A DNA stretch of 64,000 nt from Gemmatimonadales bacterium (GTDB lineage Bacteria > Gemmatimonadota > Gemmatimonadetes > Gemmatimonadales > GWC2-71-9). The notes beneath the pieces were generated by a model. It was not told where the DNA came from. It saw only the letters and a program-made list of their open reading frames with translations, and ran no database searches. The stretch lies in assembly GCA_965249575.1 (NCBI GenBank), contig OZ252244.1:3584001-3648000 (forward strand), written 5' to 3'. The position numbers and the translations under genes are program-made. Each line of letters starts with the position of its first letter. Position 1 is the first letter of the stretch. This document shows positions 9,330 through 20,263 of the stretch, one piece after another.

Positions 9330-11212
9330 CTTGGTACCACCCGCACGCCGTGGCGCGCCGAGCGACGCAAGCCCGTATCGTCGTGTGGTCGGTGTTTGCG
9401 GTTCTGCTCCTCGCGTTCTTCCGAATCCAGGTGCTGAGCTCCAGCCGGTATCGGGTGCAGTCGGAGGAGAACCGGCTGCGCCCGATCCCAATCCCGGCGG
9501 CTCGCGGCGAAATCACTGACCGCTACGGCGTCGTGCTCGCCGAGAACGTTCCCGGATACTCGATCGCTCTACTCGCTTCGTCGGCCGATTCGCTCCGCGC
9601 CACGTTGGAGCGAATCGCCCCCATAGCCTCGATCGATTCCGCCCGGATAACGAGTGCGGTCGCGCGGTTCCGCCGCCGGCCGACAGAGCCGGTCGTCATC
9701 CTCCGCGATGCGTCGTTCGCGGTGGTCTCCGCCCTGGAGGAACGGCGCATCGCGCTGCCAGGGCTGGTTGTGCAGACCGAGCCGAAACGACGGTATCCGT
9801 TTGCCGATACGGCGGCACATCTCATTGGCTACGTGGCCGAGGTGACCGAGGAGGAGCTGAGGAGTGCGCGGTTTGGGGGGGTGCGTTCGGGGACGCTCGT
9901 GGGGCAGGACGGGCTCGAACGTACGTACGACGAGGAGTTACGGGGGAAGGACGGCGTCCGTTTCGTCGAGGTCGACGCGCTCGGGAGGACGGTGCGTGAC
10001 GTGGGGGTTGGGTCGAGTCTCCCGCCGCGACAGGGAAATACGATCCGGACGTCGACAGATATCGAGCTGCAGCGCTACGTCGCCGAACAATTCCCCACGG
10101 ACAAACGGGGCGCGGTCGTCGTCCTGAACCCAATGACCGGTGAGATTCTCGCGATGTACTCGGCGCCGAGTTTCGATCCGAACGCGTTCATCGGCGGCAT
10201 CGACGAAGATCTGTGGAGCACGTTATCGCGTTCACCGACCCATCCAATGATCAATCGGGCGGTTCAAGGGCTCTATCCCCCCGCGTCACCCTGGAAACTC
10301 GCGGTGGCCGTCATTGGGCTCCAGCGCGGACTGGTCGATTTGGACGCCCGCATGCCGATCCCTTGTCGTGGCGGTCTCCAGTATTTCAGCCGGTTCTTCC
10401 GCTGCTGGAGGGTCGAAGGACACGGTGACGTAACGCTTGCGGAAGCGATCCAGCACTCGTGCGACGTCTACTTCTACCAGCTGGGCCTCAAGATCGGGCT
10501 CCGAAACCTCCTCCGGGGCGCACAGGGGCTCGGGTTTCGGGAGGCATCGGGTCTGGACGTGCCCAACGAGGCGACACCGGTGTTCCCCGCGTCAACGGAG
10601 TACTACAACCGGCGGTATGGCCCCCGAGGGTGGACCAGCGCCGTGACGCTCAACCTGGCTATTGGTCAGGGGGAGAATGCCCAGACACCGGTGAGCATGC
10701 TGCGATTCTACGCGATGCTGGCCACCCGTTCTGGGGTGGCGCCGACTCCCACCCTCATCCCGGGCCGTGCTTCGTCCGAGCACCGGCCGTCGCTCGGCCT
10801 GTCCGAAACGGACCGGGCCGGGCTGCGGGCCGCCCTGCTCGCGGTGGTCGAAAGCGGTACCGCGGCGGGCGCTCGTATCAAGGATCTCCGCATCGCGGGG
10901 AAAACAGGAACAGCCCAGAACGCCCACGGTCTCGATCACGGTTGGTTCATCGGGTTCGCTCCCGCAGACAACCCTCGGGTCATCGCGGGAGCGGTTGTCG
11001 AGTTCGCGGAACACGGGGCCGGCGTGGCCCCGATGGTCACTCGGATTCTCGCGCGGTATTTGTTGGGTCCCGATGCGGGTAACGGACTACCCGACGACTA
11101 TCGGTTAGTGGTGCCCGAGGACAGCGCCCCGGGGCCGGTACAGATTCTCCCCGATACGGCTGGACTGGAGCGAATTGCGGGGGTGGATGGCTCGGGACAG
11201 CGGCGTCGATAA
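9326..11212 (+). CDS. mrdA: Penicillin-binding protein 2
   Basis: PAARGEITDR; SxxK (SPWK), SCD and KTGTAQ motifs; operon context. Confidence 0.95.
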   Translation: MTWYHPHAVARRATQARIVVWSVFAVLLLAFFRIQVLSSSRYRVQSEENRLRPIPIPAARGEITDRYGVVLAENVPGYSIALLASSADSLRATLERIAPIASIDSARITSAVARFRRRPTEPVVILRDASFAVVSALEERRIALPGLVVQTEPKRRYPFADTAAHLIGYVAEVTEEELRSARFGGVRSGTLVGQDGLERTYDEELRGKDGVRFVEVDALGRTVRDVGVGSSLPPRQGNTIRTSTDIELQRYVAEQFPTDKRGAVVVLNPMTGEILAMYSAPSFDPNAFIGGIDEDLWSTLSRSPTHPMINRAVQGLYPPASPWKLAVAVIGLQRGLVDLDARMPIPCRGGLQYFSRFFRCWRVEGHGDVTLAEAIQHSCDVYFYQLGLKIGLRNLLRGAQGLGFREASGLDVPNEATPVFPASTEYYNRRYGPRGWTSAVTLNLAIGQGENAQTPVSMLRFYAMLATRSGVAPTPTLIPGRASSEHRPSLGLSETDRAGLRAALLAVVESGTAAGARIKDLRIAGKTGTAQNAHGLDHGWFIGFAPADNPRVIAGAVVEFAEHGAGVAPMVTRILARYLLGPDAGNGLPDDYRLVVPEDSAPGPVQILPDTAGLERIAGVDGSGQRRR

Positions 11213-12431
11213 AGCGCTGCTGCTCACAACAGCAGCGCTTGCGCTGCTCGGCCTCGCCACGCTGTACTCGGCTGGGCAGACCGATGTCCCAAGCGCGGCC
11301 GCCGGGGTGTGGGAGCGGCAGACCGCCTGGATCGTTCTCGGCGTCATCGGCGCCGCACTCATCTTTCGAGTGTCGCCCAGGGTTCTCGAGTGGGCGTCGC
11401 CGGCGGTCTACGTTGGCGCGCTGATCCTTCTCCTTATCACCCTGTTCGTAGGGACGGGGGCCGGTGCCGCTGCTGGCAGCCGCTCGTGGATCGCGATCGG
11501 CGGCGTTCGGCTGGGTCAGCCAGCGGAACTGGCGAAGCTCGCGGCGATTCTCATGTTGGCCCGCCATCTCGGGTTACGGCGTGAGCCGCCGGGTACTTTG
11601 CGCGAGCTGCTTCCCTCCTGCGCGATCGTGGCAATACCGTTCGTACTGGTTGGACTCCAGCCCGACCTTGGAAGTGCCCTCGTGTTCGTGGGGATCTTGT
11701 TCGCGGTGCTGTTTTGGGCCGGTGTGAGCCCATGGCTCCTCCTGTTGCTTGCGTCGCCAATGCTCAGTCTACTGCTTGCCTTCTCGACCGCGTTCTGGGG
11801 CGTGTGGATCGTCGCGCTCACGGTCCTGCTCCTGTGGCTCCGACCGTACGCGTTCGAGGGCCTCGCGGTGTGGCTCGCGAACGTCATGATGGGGGTTATC
11901 GCGCTGGAGCTGTGGCAGCGGCTCGCTCCGTATCAGCAGAACCGTATCCTGTCATTTCTGAATCCCGAGGTCGATCCTCGCGCCACCGGGTGGCACATTA
12001 TCCAATCCAAAGTAGCGATCGGTTCGGGTGGCCTGTTTGGGAACGGCTTCATGGAAGGCACACAAAAACGGCTGGCCTTCCTGCCGGCACAGCACACGGA
12101 TTTCATCTTTTCGGTCGTTGGGGAGGAGATGGGGTTTGTGGGCGTCATCGTCGCCCTGGCCGTCTTGGTCGGGCTGGTGTTGGTGCTCATTGGGACCGCG
12201 CGAAGGGCGACCGAGCCGTTCTCGTGCGTTCTCGTGGCTGGCTTCGCCGGAATGCTACTGACTCATATCCTCGAGAATGTCGGCATGACGGTCGGACTGA
12301 TGCCCATCACGGGGATCCCGCTCCCCTTTTTCTCGTATGGGGGATCGTTTCTGCTGACGTGTTTTCTCGCGGTTGGGATTTCACTACGGGTTTCTCGAGA
12401 CTCACGACTAGGTGGCTATGCCTTTGTCTAA
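11187..12431 (+). CDS. rodA: SEDS peptidoglycan polymerase RodA
   Basis: QPAELAK, LQPDLGSA, HTDFIFS and GIPLPFFSYGGS motifs. Confidence 0.95.
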   Translation: MARDSGVDKALLLTTAALALLGLATLYSAGQTDVPSAAAGVWERQTAWIVLGVIGAALIFRVSPRVLEWASPAVYVGALILLLITLFVGTGAGAAAGSRSWIAIGGVRLGQPAELAKLAAILMLARHLGLRREPPGTLRELLPSCAIVAIPFVLVGLQPDLGSALVFVGILFAVLFWAGVSPWLLLLLASPMLSLLLAFSTAFWGVWIVALTVLLLWLRPYAFEGLAVWLANVMMGVIALELWQRLAPYQQNRILSFLNPEVDPRATGWHIIQSKVAIGSGGLFGNGFMEGTQKRLAFLPAQHTDFIFSVVGEEMGFVGVIVALAVLVGLVLVLIGTARRATEPFSCVLVAGFAGMLLTHILENVGMTVGLMPITGIPLPFFSYGGSFLLTCFLAVGISLRVSRDSRLGGYAFV

Positions 12432-12493
12432 CAACGGGTTATGGGCGAGCCACTGGCGTAGGACCCCTGGCCCGGGCAAATTCACTCCGCGAT

Positions 12494-13351
12494 ATGTCCT
12501 GGTTCCGGAAAGAACGAAAACGACGCTCCACAACGCGGGCCCGCCTTGAAATCCCGCGGGACGCGTGGGACAAGTGTGCGGAATGCGGGCATGTCGACAT
12601 TCAGGAGAAGTTCGAGCGGGAGCTCCAGGTGTGCCCGCATTGCGGGCATCATCGTCGCATCTCCGCCCACCGTTACATCGAGCTCTTGACCGACCCCGAC
12701 AGCTTCGAGGAGCTGTTCGCGGACATCCGGCCGGTCGATCCACTCCAATTCGATGGGTATCAAGAGCGCGCGCTCCGGGCTCAACGGCGGGTCGGGATGG
12801 CGGACGCCATCGTCACGGGGTCCGGGACGCTCACTGGGCTCCCCCTGAACATTGGGGCGATGGAGTTTGGGTTCATGGGTGGTTCCATGGGGTCCGTGGT
12901 CGGTGAGAAAATTGCGCGGCTGGCGCAGCGATCGCTCGAGGGCCACGTGCCGCTGGTGCTGGTGTCCTGCTCGGGTGGGGCTCGGATGCAGGAGGGGGTG
13001 CTGAGCCTCATGCAGATGGCCAAGACCTCCGCCCTCATCGCGCAGCTCCGCGAGGAACGCATCCCGTATATCTCGATCCTGACGAATCCAACGACGGGTG
13101 GTGTCTCAGCCTCTTACGCCATGCAGGGAGATGTGAACCTTGCAGAGCCCGGGGCGGTGATCGGGTTCGCCGGCCCGCGTGTGATCAAGCAAACGATCGG
13201 CCAAGATCTGCCCCGCGGGTTTCAAACCGCGGAGTTCCTGCTGGAGCACGGCATGATCGATGCCGTCGTACCGCGGGACGAGCTGGCCACCACCACGGCC
13301 AGGCTCGTCCGGCTGATGCAAGGCGCTCCCGCACCGGAGGTGCCTGGCTGA
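12494..13351 (+). CDS. accD: Acetyl-CoA carboxylase carboxyltransferase beta subunit
   Basis: C4 zinc ribbon, FMGGSMGSVVGEK, GGARMQEG and PTTGGVSAS; true start ATG 12494. Confidence 0.96.
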   Translation: MSWFRKERKRRSTTRARLEIPRDAWDKCAECGHVDIQEKFERELQVCPHCGHHRRISAHRYIELLTDPDSFEELFADIRPVDPLQFDGYQERALRAQRRVGMADAIVTGSGTLTGLPLNIGAMEFGFMGGSMGSVVGEKIARLAQRSLEGHVPLVLVSCSGGARMQEGVLSLMQMAKTSALIAQLREERIPYISILTNPTTGGVSASYAMQGDVNLAEPGAVIGFAGPRVIKQTIGQDLPRGFQTAEFLLEHGMIDAVVPRDELATTTARLVRLMQGAPAPEVPG

Positions 13352-14553
13352 CGTTCAGCTTCGCGGACGCCACCGAGTTTCTCTTTTCGCGGAACGCGGG
13401 CGGTTCACACTGGTCCCTCGGTCCAACCGCGGCGCTGCTGGACCAACTGGGACACCCCGAACTGCGTTTTCCCTCGATTCACATCGGCGGTACCAATGGC
13501 AAGGGCTCGGTGTGTGCCCTGCTCTCGGCGGCTCTCCGCGCGAGCCGGATGCGCGTTGGCACCTACACGTCTCCGCACTTGGTCGACGTGCGTGAGCGCA
13601 TGATGGTGGACGAGCGACCGATCACCGAGCCCGCTTTCGCAGCCTGGACGACGGTTCTACGTGATGCCATCGTCGCTCACCAGGCCAGCTTCTTCGAGGC
13701 GACGACGGTGATTGCCCTGGCCGACTTCGCAGCGCGAGGCGTTGACGTTGCGGTCGTCGAGGTGGGGCTCGGGGGGCGCTTGGACAGCACGAACGTCCTG
13801 AGGCCCGTCGTCAGTGGGATCACACAAATCGATCTCGATCACACCGAGTATCTGGGTCAGTCGTTGCCCGCGGTGGCTCGGGAGAAGGCCGGAATCGCAA
13901 AGCGCGGCATTCCGTTCGTCGTGGGCGAGCCCTCGCGCGGTGTCGCGGAGGTGCTCGCCGAGGCGGGTCGAGAAGCTGGGGCGACCGTGCAAACGGTACC
14001 AGCCGACGCTATGTACTGCGGGGTGCTTGGGATGGTCGGAGACCATCAGCGCCGAAACGCCGCGGTGGCGGCAGCCATATTGCACGCACTGCCCGACGGG
14101 ATGCGGCCGTCCGCAGCCGCGATGGCGCACGGCTTTGCATCGGTACGCGTGGCGGGGCGATTTGACCGACGCGGCAAATGGATCTTCGACGTCGCGCACA
14201 ATCCCGGCGCGATGACGGCCCTCCTGCACACACTCGAATCGTGCCAGCCGAAGCGGCCCGTGCATGCCCTGGTCGGTGTGCTGAACGACAAACCGTGGGA
14301 CGTTCTCGTAAACGCGATCGTTTCCGCGGCCGAGCGCATTTGGCTCGTACAGCCACCCAGCGCCCCGCCGGATCGCCGATGGGACCTGAGCAGCGTCACG
14401 CGCCTCGCAGGGGAAAAGGCGGTCGTCGCGCCAGATTTCGACTCGGCGCTCCAGGACGTGCAGGTCGGTGCAGGCACGGTTCTCGTAACCGGGTCGTTTC
14501 ACACGGTTGGAGACGCGTTGGCCCGCTTGCCCGGGCTCGCTCCTCTCGGCTAA
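13348..14553 (+). CDS. folC: Bifunctional folylpolyglutamate synthase/dihydrofolate synthase
   Basis: The HIGGTNGKGS P-loop lies upstream of the ORF-track start; also TSPHL, EVGLGGRLDSTNV and DVAHN; probable CTG start overlapping the accD stop. Confidence 0.93.
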   Translation: MTFSFADATEFLFSRNAGGSHWSLGPTAALLDQLGHPELRFPSIHIGGTNGKGSVCALLSAALRASRMRVGTYTSPHLVDVRERMMVDERPITEPAFAAWTTVLRDAIVAHQASFFEATTVIALADFAARGVDVAVVEVGLGGRLDSTNVLRPVVSGITQIDLDHTEYLGQSLPAVAREKAGIAKRGIPFVVGEPSRGVAEVLAEAGREAGATVQTVPADAMYCGVLGMVGDHQRRNAAVAAAILHALPDGMRPSAAAMAHGFASVRVAGRFDRRGKWIFDVAHNPGAMTALLHTLESCQPKRPVHALVGVLNDKPWDVLVNAIVSAAERIWLVQPPSAPPDRRWDLSSVTRLAGEKAVVAPDFDSALQDVQVGAGTVLVTGSFHTVGDALARLPGLAPLG

Positions 14554-14562
14554 ATTCACGAG

Positions 14563-15858
14563 ATGCACGCAAAAGCGCTTCCCGGCTTTCGCGATTTCTA
14601 CCCCGACGCCACCGCTGTCCGAAACCACATCTTCGCCGCTTGGCGGGGCGTGGCTCGCCGGTACGGGTTCGTGGAATACGACGGGCCTCCGCTTGAGCCA
14701 CTGGACCTCTATACGCGAAAGAGCGGTCCAGGAATCGTGGAGGAGCTCTATCACTTCGTGGACAAGGGCGATCGCGAGGTCGCCCTCCGGCCGGAGATGA
14801 CGCCCACGCTCGCGCGCATGGTGGCAGCGCGGGCACGAGGGCTCAAGAAGCCGATCCGGTGGTTTTCGATGCCGCAGCTGTTTCGGTACGAGCGGCAGCA
14901 GCGCGGTCGCTTGCGCGAGCATTTCCAGCTGAACATGGACCTGATCGGCGAAGCGGGGCCGTTGGCTGACGCCGAGGTGATCGCCGCCGCCCTGGACGTG
15001 CAGCGGGCATTGGGACTCGGCCCTGAAGACGTGCGGGTGCGCATGTCCGATCGGAGAGTCCTGCGGGTGCTCTTGGCTGACGCCGGCGTTCCGGACGAGG
15101 CGGTGCCGGCGGCGTTTGAGGCCATCGACAAGGTCGAGCGCGTTCCACCTGACACGCTGGCTAAGCAGCTGGGCGAGAAATGGCCTGGCGCGAGCGCCGC
15201 AGGTGTCGAGCGCGTGCTCGAGGTGGCGCGAGTGCGCGGTCGGGCCCAACTGGAGCGCTGTTTGGGTGAGGCGCGGGAAGGGACGGATAACGCCGCCGAG
15301 TTCCTGGAGTGCGTCGAGGCCCTGGATCACATGGGTCTTGGGGCGTTCGTCGAAATCGACCTCTCGATCGTTCGAGGGCTGGCCTATTATACCGGCATCG
15401 TATTCGAGTTGTTTGACGCCCAGAAGTCCCTGCGCGCCATCTGCGGCGGCGGGCGCTATGATGGGTTGCTGCACGCGCTCGGGGGAGTTGACCTGCCCGG
15501 TGTGGGATTCGGCATGGGGGACGTGGTGCTTGGCGAGTTGTTGCGTGAGCGAGGGCTGAGCCCGACCGCCGCCCCGGGCATCGACGCGTTTCTCGTCGCC
15601 GTCACCGGCGATGACTACCCCGCAGTGCTAGGACTGGCTCACACATTGCGGGACCGCGGCGTGAGCGTGGAGTTCGGTATGCGCGAGCAGGCCGTCGCGA
15701 AGCAACTCAAGATCGCGGGTGCGCGTCCAGCAAGGCGGGCTGTGGTGATCGGGCCGGAGGAGCGGGAGAGTGGGAAGGCAATCGTGCGCGACTTGCACAG
15801 CGGCGCCGAGGAACGAGTCACGCTTGGCTCGCTCGGAACCGAGTTCGCCTGGACGTAG
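14563..15858 (+). CDS. hisS: Histidine-tRNA ligase
   Basis: LPGFRDFYP, LRPEMTP, FRYERQQRGRLREHFQ, RGLAYYTG and GGGRYD motifs. Confidence 0.97.
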   Translation: MHAKALPGFRDFYPDATAVRNHIFAAWRGVARRYGFVEYDGPPLEPLDLYTRKSGPGIVEELYHFVDKGDREVALRPEMTPTLARMVAARARGLKKPIRWFSMPQLFRYERQQRGRLREHFQLNMDLIGEAGPLADAEVIAAALDVQRALGLGPEDVRVRMSDRRVLRVLLADAGVPDEAVPAAFEAIDKVERVPPDTLAKQLGEKWPGASAAGVERVLEVARVRGRAQLERCLGEAREGTDNAAEFLECVEALDHMGLGAFVEIDLSIVRGLAYYTGIVFELFDAQKSLRAICGGGRYDGLLHALGGVDLPGVGFGMGDVVLGELLRERGLSPTAAPGIDAFLVAVTGDDYPAVLGLAHTLRDRGVSVEFGMREQAVAKQLKIAGARPARRAVVIGPEERESGKAIVRDLHSGAEERVTLGSLGTEFAWT

Positions 15859-15979
15859 GACGAGATAACATCGCGAATTGGTGGAAGGGAGCTCGGCCCC
15901 GTCTGGGGACACGGGCTTACGATGGAGGAGGCAACGCACTGTCGCGTGCTGGCCGTGCAGCCTTCACACCGGATGAACC

Positions 15980-17425
15980 ATGACTGACTCACAAGGGATA
16001 ACGCCGCGCGCGACGGACTTTGCGGCGTGGTACAATGACGTGGTACTCCGCGCGAAGCTCGCCGACTACTCGCCGGTTCGCGGGTGCATGGTCATTCGGC
16101 CGTTTGGCTATCGGATCTGGGAACTGACCCAAGGCGCGCTCGACAAGATGTTCAAGGACTCGGGGCATGAAAACGCCTACTTCCCGTTGTTGATACCGCA
16201 AAGTTTCCTCGAGAAGGAAGCGGATCACGTCGAGGGGTTTGCTCCGCAGACCGCGGTCGTGACTCACGGGGGAGGGAAGGAGCTGGAGGAGCCGCTCGTG
16301 CTTCGCCCGACGTCCGAGACCATCATTTACTCGATGCTCGGGAAGTGGATTCAGAGCTATCGCGACCTACCGGTGCTACTGAATCAGTGGGCAAACGTGA
16401 TCCGGTGGGAGATGCGCACGCGGCTGTTCCTCAGAACGACGGAGTTTCTATGGCAAGAAGGGCATACAGCGCACGCGTCGCATGACGAAGCCGAGGAAGA
16501 AACACTCAAGATCCTCGGCATCTATCGGCGGTTCATGGAAGACTGGATGGCGCTGCCCGTGCTCACGGGACTCAAGACCGAGCGAGAGAAATTCGCCGGA
16601 GCGCTACGAACGTATGCACTGGAAGCGTTGGCGCAGGACAACAAGGCACTCCAGGCCGGCACCTCGCACAACCTCGGCCAAAACTTCGCCAAGGCATTCG
16701 ACGTTCGGTATCAGAGCCAGGAGGGCGGCCTCGAGTACGTGTGGAATACGTCCTGGGGAGTCTCTACCCGCCTCATCGGTGCGATGGTGATGGCGCACGG
16801 CGACGACATTGGCTTGGTGTGCCCACCGCGCGTAGCGCCGATTCAAGTGGTCGTGGTCCCGATATGGAAAACGGACACGGAGCGTCAGGCTGTCCTGCAA
16901 ACCGCGGCGGGAGTCGTGGAGGTGTTGCGGGAGGGAGACGTCCGCGTCAAGCTCGATGACCGCGACGCGCTCAAGCCGGGCGCCAAATACTACGAGTGGG
17001 AAAACCGCGGGGTGCCGGTTCGACTGGAGATTGGGCCTCGGGACGTGTCCAAGGGACAAGTGGTTCTGGTCAGGCGAACCGGAGGAAAACTCCCGGTCTC
17101 GATCGGTGAGCTCTCGACGAACGTGCGGGCCGCACTGGACACGGTTCACAGTACCCTGCTGGAGGCCGCCCACGCCAGGCGCGAGCACAACTCGCGGCGT
17201 GGCGTGACGAAGGAGGAACTCATCGAAATGATGAACGATGGTGGGGGCTTTGCGTACGGGGGCTTCTGTAGGGCCGATTCGTGCGAGGATGAAGTCAAAG
17301 AGCTGACGAAGGCTTCAATACGCCTCCTTCCGGATGCGGAGTTTCGCACCACCCCAGCTCCGGAGCAATGTGCCTGGTGCGGCGAGCCATCCGTGGTTGA
17401 AGCCGTGTGGGCCCGAGCGTATTGA
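15980..17425 (+). CDS. proS: Proline-tRNA ligase (eukaryote/archaea-like type)
   Basis: LRPTSET, FLRTTEFLWQEGHT and QAGTSHNLGQNF motifs; C-terminus ARAY. Confidence 0.97.
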   Translation: MTDSQGITPRATDFAAWYNDVVLRAKLADYSPVRGCMVIRPFGYRIWELTQGALDKMFKDSGHENAYFPLLIPQSFLEKEADHVEGFAPQTAVVTHGGGKELEEPLVLRPTSETIIYSMLGKWIQSYRDLPVLLNQWANVIRWEMRTRLFLRTTEFLWQEGHTAHASHDEAEEETLKILGIYRRFMEDWMALPVLTGLKTEREKFAGALRTYALEALAQDNKALQAGTSHNLGQNFAKAFDVRYQSQEGGLEYVWNTSWGVSTRLIGAMVMAHGDDIGLVCPPRVAPIQVVVVPIWKTDTERQAVLQTAAGVVEVLREGDVRVKLDDRDALKPGAKYYEWENRGVPVRLEIGPRDVSKGQVVLVRRTGGKLPVSIGELSTNVRAALDTVHSTLLEAAHARREHNSRRGVTKEELIEMMNDGGGFAYGGFCRADSCEDEVKELTKASIRLLPDAEFRTTPAPEQCAWCGEPSVVEAVWARAY

Positions 17426-18666
17426 GCGCACGTGCCGCTGTGTTGGCCCGGATCGCCACCAGGGTCGGCACTCCCACCTACGTCTACGACATCCAGGCGA
17501 TTCGGTCCCAGTTCCAATCCCTGCACCACGCGCTTGCGGGCCTTCCCCACCGCATCTGCTACTCCTTGAAGGCAAACAGCAACCTCGGGCTGCTCTCCTT
17601 CGTGCGATCACTGGGCGCGGGAGCTGATATCGTATCCGGGGGTGAGCTGGCACGCGCGCTCCGAGCCGGCTTCGACGCGGCCGATCTCGTATTCAGTGGG
17701 GTTGGCAAGACCGCCGTGGAGCTAGATGACGCCATTCGGGTGGGCGTGGGGCTCATTAACGTAGAGTCGCCCCGCGAGATGGGGTTGATCTCCGAGAGGG
17801 CGCGAGCTACGGGCAGTACGGCACGCATCGGCATTCGGATCAACCCCGATGTGACGACTGACACGCATCCGTACACCCAGACCGGCGAGCGCGGTGTCAA
17901 GTTCGGCGTGCCCCTCGATGAGGTGCCGGAGTTGGCGGTTCGCGCCTTCGAGAATCACGACCTGGCGCTCTCGAGCGTGGGCATGCACTTGGGATCGCAG
18001 ATCCACGATGCGCAGCCGTTCGCGGAGGGTGCTGAGAAGCTCGAGCACCTCGTGACGGAACTTCGCGCGGCGGGCATCGATTCCCTCCACAGCGTCGACG
18101 TTGGAGGGGGGCTCGGCGTCGCCTACGGGTCCGAATCCCCGCTTGATCTCAACACGTTTACGGCCGCCGTTACACCGCTCGTCGAACGGACCCGACTGCG
18201 CCTGCTGCTGGAGCCGGGACGGTTTCTCGTGGCCAACGCGGGGCAGTTGCTGACCCGATGCCTGTATCGCAAGAGGTCCGGAGGGCGCGACATTGCTGTG
18301 GTAGACGCCGGTATGAACGATTTTCTGCGTCCCAGCCTCTACAGCGCGATCCACGAGATCGAAGTGGTCGAAGCCGCCAGGCACACGGAGTCCGCGGGCG
18401 CAGCGACGGTCGACGTGGTTGGGCCCGTATGCGAGACCGGCGACGCGTTCGGTACCGACCGCGAGCTACGCGGGGTGGGCCCCGGAGCGCTCCTGTCGAT
18501 CTCGGGTGCTGGTGCCTACGGGTTCACGATGAGCTCCCAGTACAACTCCCGGCCCCGGGCGGCCGAAGTGCTGCTGGACGGCGAGCGCTTCGCCACCGGC
18601 CGGACGCGGGAGACGATCGAGGATCTCATGTTGGGTGAGAGCGCGACCCCAGAATGGACATCTTAG
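17422..18666 (+). CDS. lysA: Diaminopimelate decarboxylase
   Basis: YSLKANSN, HLGSQ, EPGRFLVA, GPVCETGD and GAYGFTMSSQYNSRPR motifs. Confidence 0.96.
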   Translation: MSARAAVLARIATRVGTPTYVYDIQAIRSQFQSLHHALAGLPHRICYSLKANSNLGLLSFVRSLGAGADIVSGGELARALRAGFDAADLVFSGVGKTAVELDDAIRVGVGLINVESPREMGLISERARATGSTARIGIRINPDVTTDTHPYTQTGERGVKFGVPLDEVPELAVRAFENHDLALSSVGMHLGSQIHDAQPFAEGAEKLEHLVTELRAAGIDSLHSVDVGGGLGVAYGSESPLDLNTFTAAVTPLVERTRLRLLLEPGRFLVANAGQLLTRCLYRKRSGGRDIAVVDAGMNDFLRPSLYSAIHEIEVVEAARHTESAGAATVDVVGPVCETGDAFGTDRELRGVGPGALLSISGAGAYGFTMSSQYNSRPRAAEVLLDGERFATGRTRETIEDLMLGESATPEWTS

Positions 18667-18669
18667 CGA

Positions 18670-20229
18670 ATGCCGCCTGAGCATCGCGGCGTGCTGATCC
18701 TCGATTACGGCTCACAGTACACGCAGCTTATTGCCCGCCGGGTGCGCGAAGCCCACGTCTACTGTGAGATCTTGCCACCAGGGCTCCCCCTCGAGCAAAT
18801 CGAGAGCCGACGCCCGTGCGGGTTGATCCTCTCCGGGGGACCCAGTTCGGTCTACGATCCCGGGGCCCCCGAGCTGGATGCGGGCCTGCTCGACCTGGGC
18901 ATTCCGGTGCTAGGTGTCTGCTACGGCATGCAACTCATGGCCCGGGCGGCGGGTGGGCGAGTAGAGCGGGCGGGGGAACGGGAGTACGGGCATGCGGCCC
19001 TCGAAGTCGCTGAGTCCTCCGGCCTCTTCTCCGGATTCGAGCCGGGCGAGCACCTCAACGTGTGGATGAGCCACGCGGATCGTGTCGACGAGCCCCCTCC
19101 CGGCTATACGGCAATAGGGGCCAGCGAAAACACCCCGGTGGCGGCCATGGCTCACCGCGACAAGCCGCTCATTGGAGTCCAGTTCCACCCCGAGGTGGCA
19201 CATACTCCTCGAGGCGGCGAGCTACTCAGGAATTTCCTGTTTAGGGTTTGCCAGTGCACGCCCGATTGGACTGCTGGCCAGTTCATCGCCGAGCAGGTGG
19301 AGCGGATCGGAGAGCAAGTAGGCGCCGACTGTCGGGTTGTCTGCGGCCTATCGGGTGGAGTCGATTCGGCTGTGGCCGCGATGCTCGTCCACCGTGCGGT
19401 AGGGGAGCGGCTCACCTGTATCTTCGTGGACCACGGCCTGTTGCGGTTGGACGAGCGGGTCCAGGTCGAGGAAACGTTCCGGGCGCACCTTGGCATCGAC
19501 CTGGTGGTTGTCGAGGCGGGCGACCGGTTCCTGGCTCAGCTAATCGACATTGACGATCCGGAGGAGAAGCGCCGTCGGATCGGCCATGCGTTTATCGACG
19601 TGTTCGAGGATGCCGCGAAGCACGTGGGTGGAAACGTGAAGTTCCTGGTCCAGGGCACTCTGTATCCCGATGTGATCGAGTCGCGGTCCCCTCGGGGTGG
19701 TCCGTCAGCCACAATCAAGACCCACCATAATGTTGGCGGCCTCCGACCCAACCTCCCGTTCGATCTGATCGAGCCATTGAAGGAGTTGTTCAAGGACGAG
19801 GTGCGGCAGGTCGGACGCGCGCTCGGACTGCCGGATGTAATGGTGGGCAGGCATCCCTTTCCCGGGCCCGGGTTGGCCATCCGGATCCTGGGCCCGGTCT
19901 CGCCTGACCGGCTGGAAATGCTACGCCGCGCGGACGCGATCTACATCGAGGAAATCCGGCGGGCAGGTCTTTACGACACGATCTGGCAAGCGTTCGCCGT
20001 GTTGCTTCCGGTACGGTCGGTCGGCGTCATGGGTGATTCCCGGACCTACGACCATGTGGTCGCGCTGCGGGCGGTTACGAGCACCGACGGGATGACGGCG
20101 GACTGGTTTCCGTTCCCGCCCGAGATCATTGGCAGGGCGGCGAACCGGATCATCAACGAGGTGAGCGGCGTGAACCGCGTTGTGTACGATGTGAGTTCAA
20201 AGCCGCCGGCAACCATCGAGTGGGAGTAG
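18670..20229 (+). CDS. guaA: GMP synthase (glutamine-hydrolysing)
   Basis: [19 protein letters not shown] and IKTHHNVGG motifs; C-terminus KPPATIEWE. Confidence 0.98.
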   Translation: MPPEHRGVLILDYGSQYTQLIARRVREAHVYCEILPPGLPLEQIESRRPCGLILSGGPSSVYDPGAPELDAGLLDLGIPVLGVCYGMQLMARAAGGRVERAGEREYGHAALEVAESSGLFSGFEPGEHLNVWMSHADRVDEPPPGYTAIGASENTPVAAMAHRDKPLIGVQFHPEVAHTPRGGELLRNFLFRVCQCTPDWTAGQFIAEQVERIGEQVGADCRVVCGLSGGVDSAVAAMLVHRAVGERLTCIFVDHGLLRLDERVQVEETFRAHLGIDLVVVEAGDRFLAQLIDIDDPEEKRRRIGHAFIDVFEDAAKHVGGNVKFLVQGTLYPDVIESRSPRGGPSATIKTHHNVGGLRPNLPFDLIEPLKELFKDEVRQVGRALGLPDVMVGRHPFPGPGLAIRILGPVSPDRLEMLRRADAIYIEEIRRAGLYDTIWQAFAVLLPVRSVGVMGDSRTYDHVVALRAVTSTDGMTADWFPFPPEIIGRAANRIINEVSGVNRVVYDVSSKPPATIEWE

Positions 20230-20263
20230 GCGTATCCCAGCGCCCACAAGCCATCGAGCGCCC

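Noticed and set aside
11714..12493. N-terminally extended 545-aa AccD and 391-aa PTS IIA (20264-21439)
   Set aside because: The extensions overlap rodA and dusB; family similarity starts at 12494 and 20716 respectively
20200..20263. guaA 3' end as an integration site
   Set aside because: It is followed directly by a conserved PTS IIA gene, with no duplication or integrase
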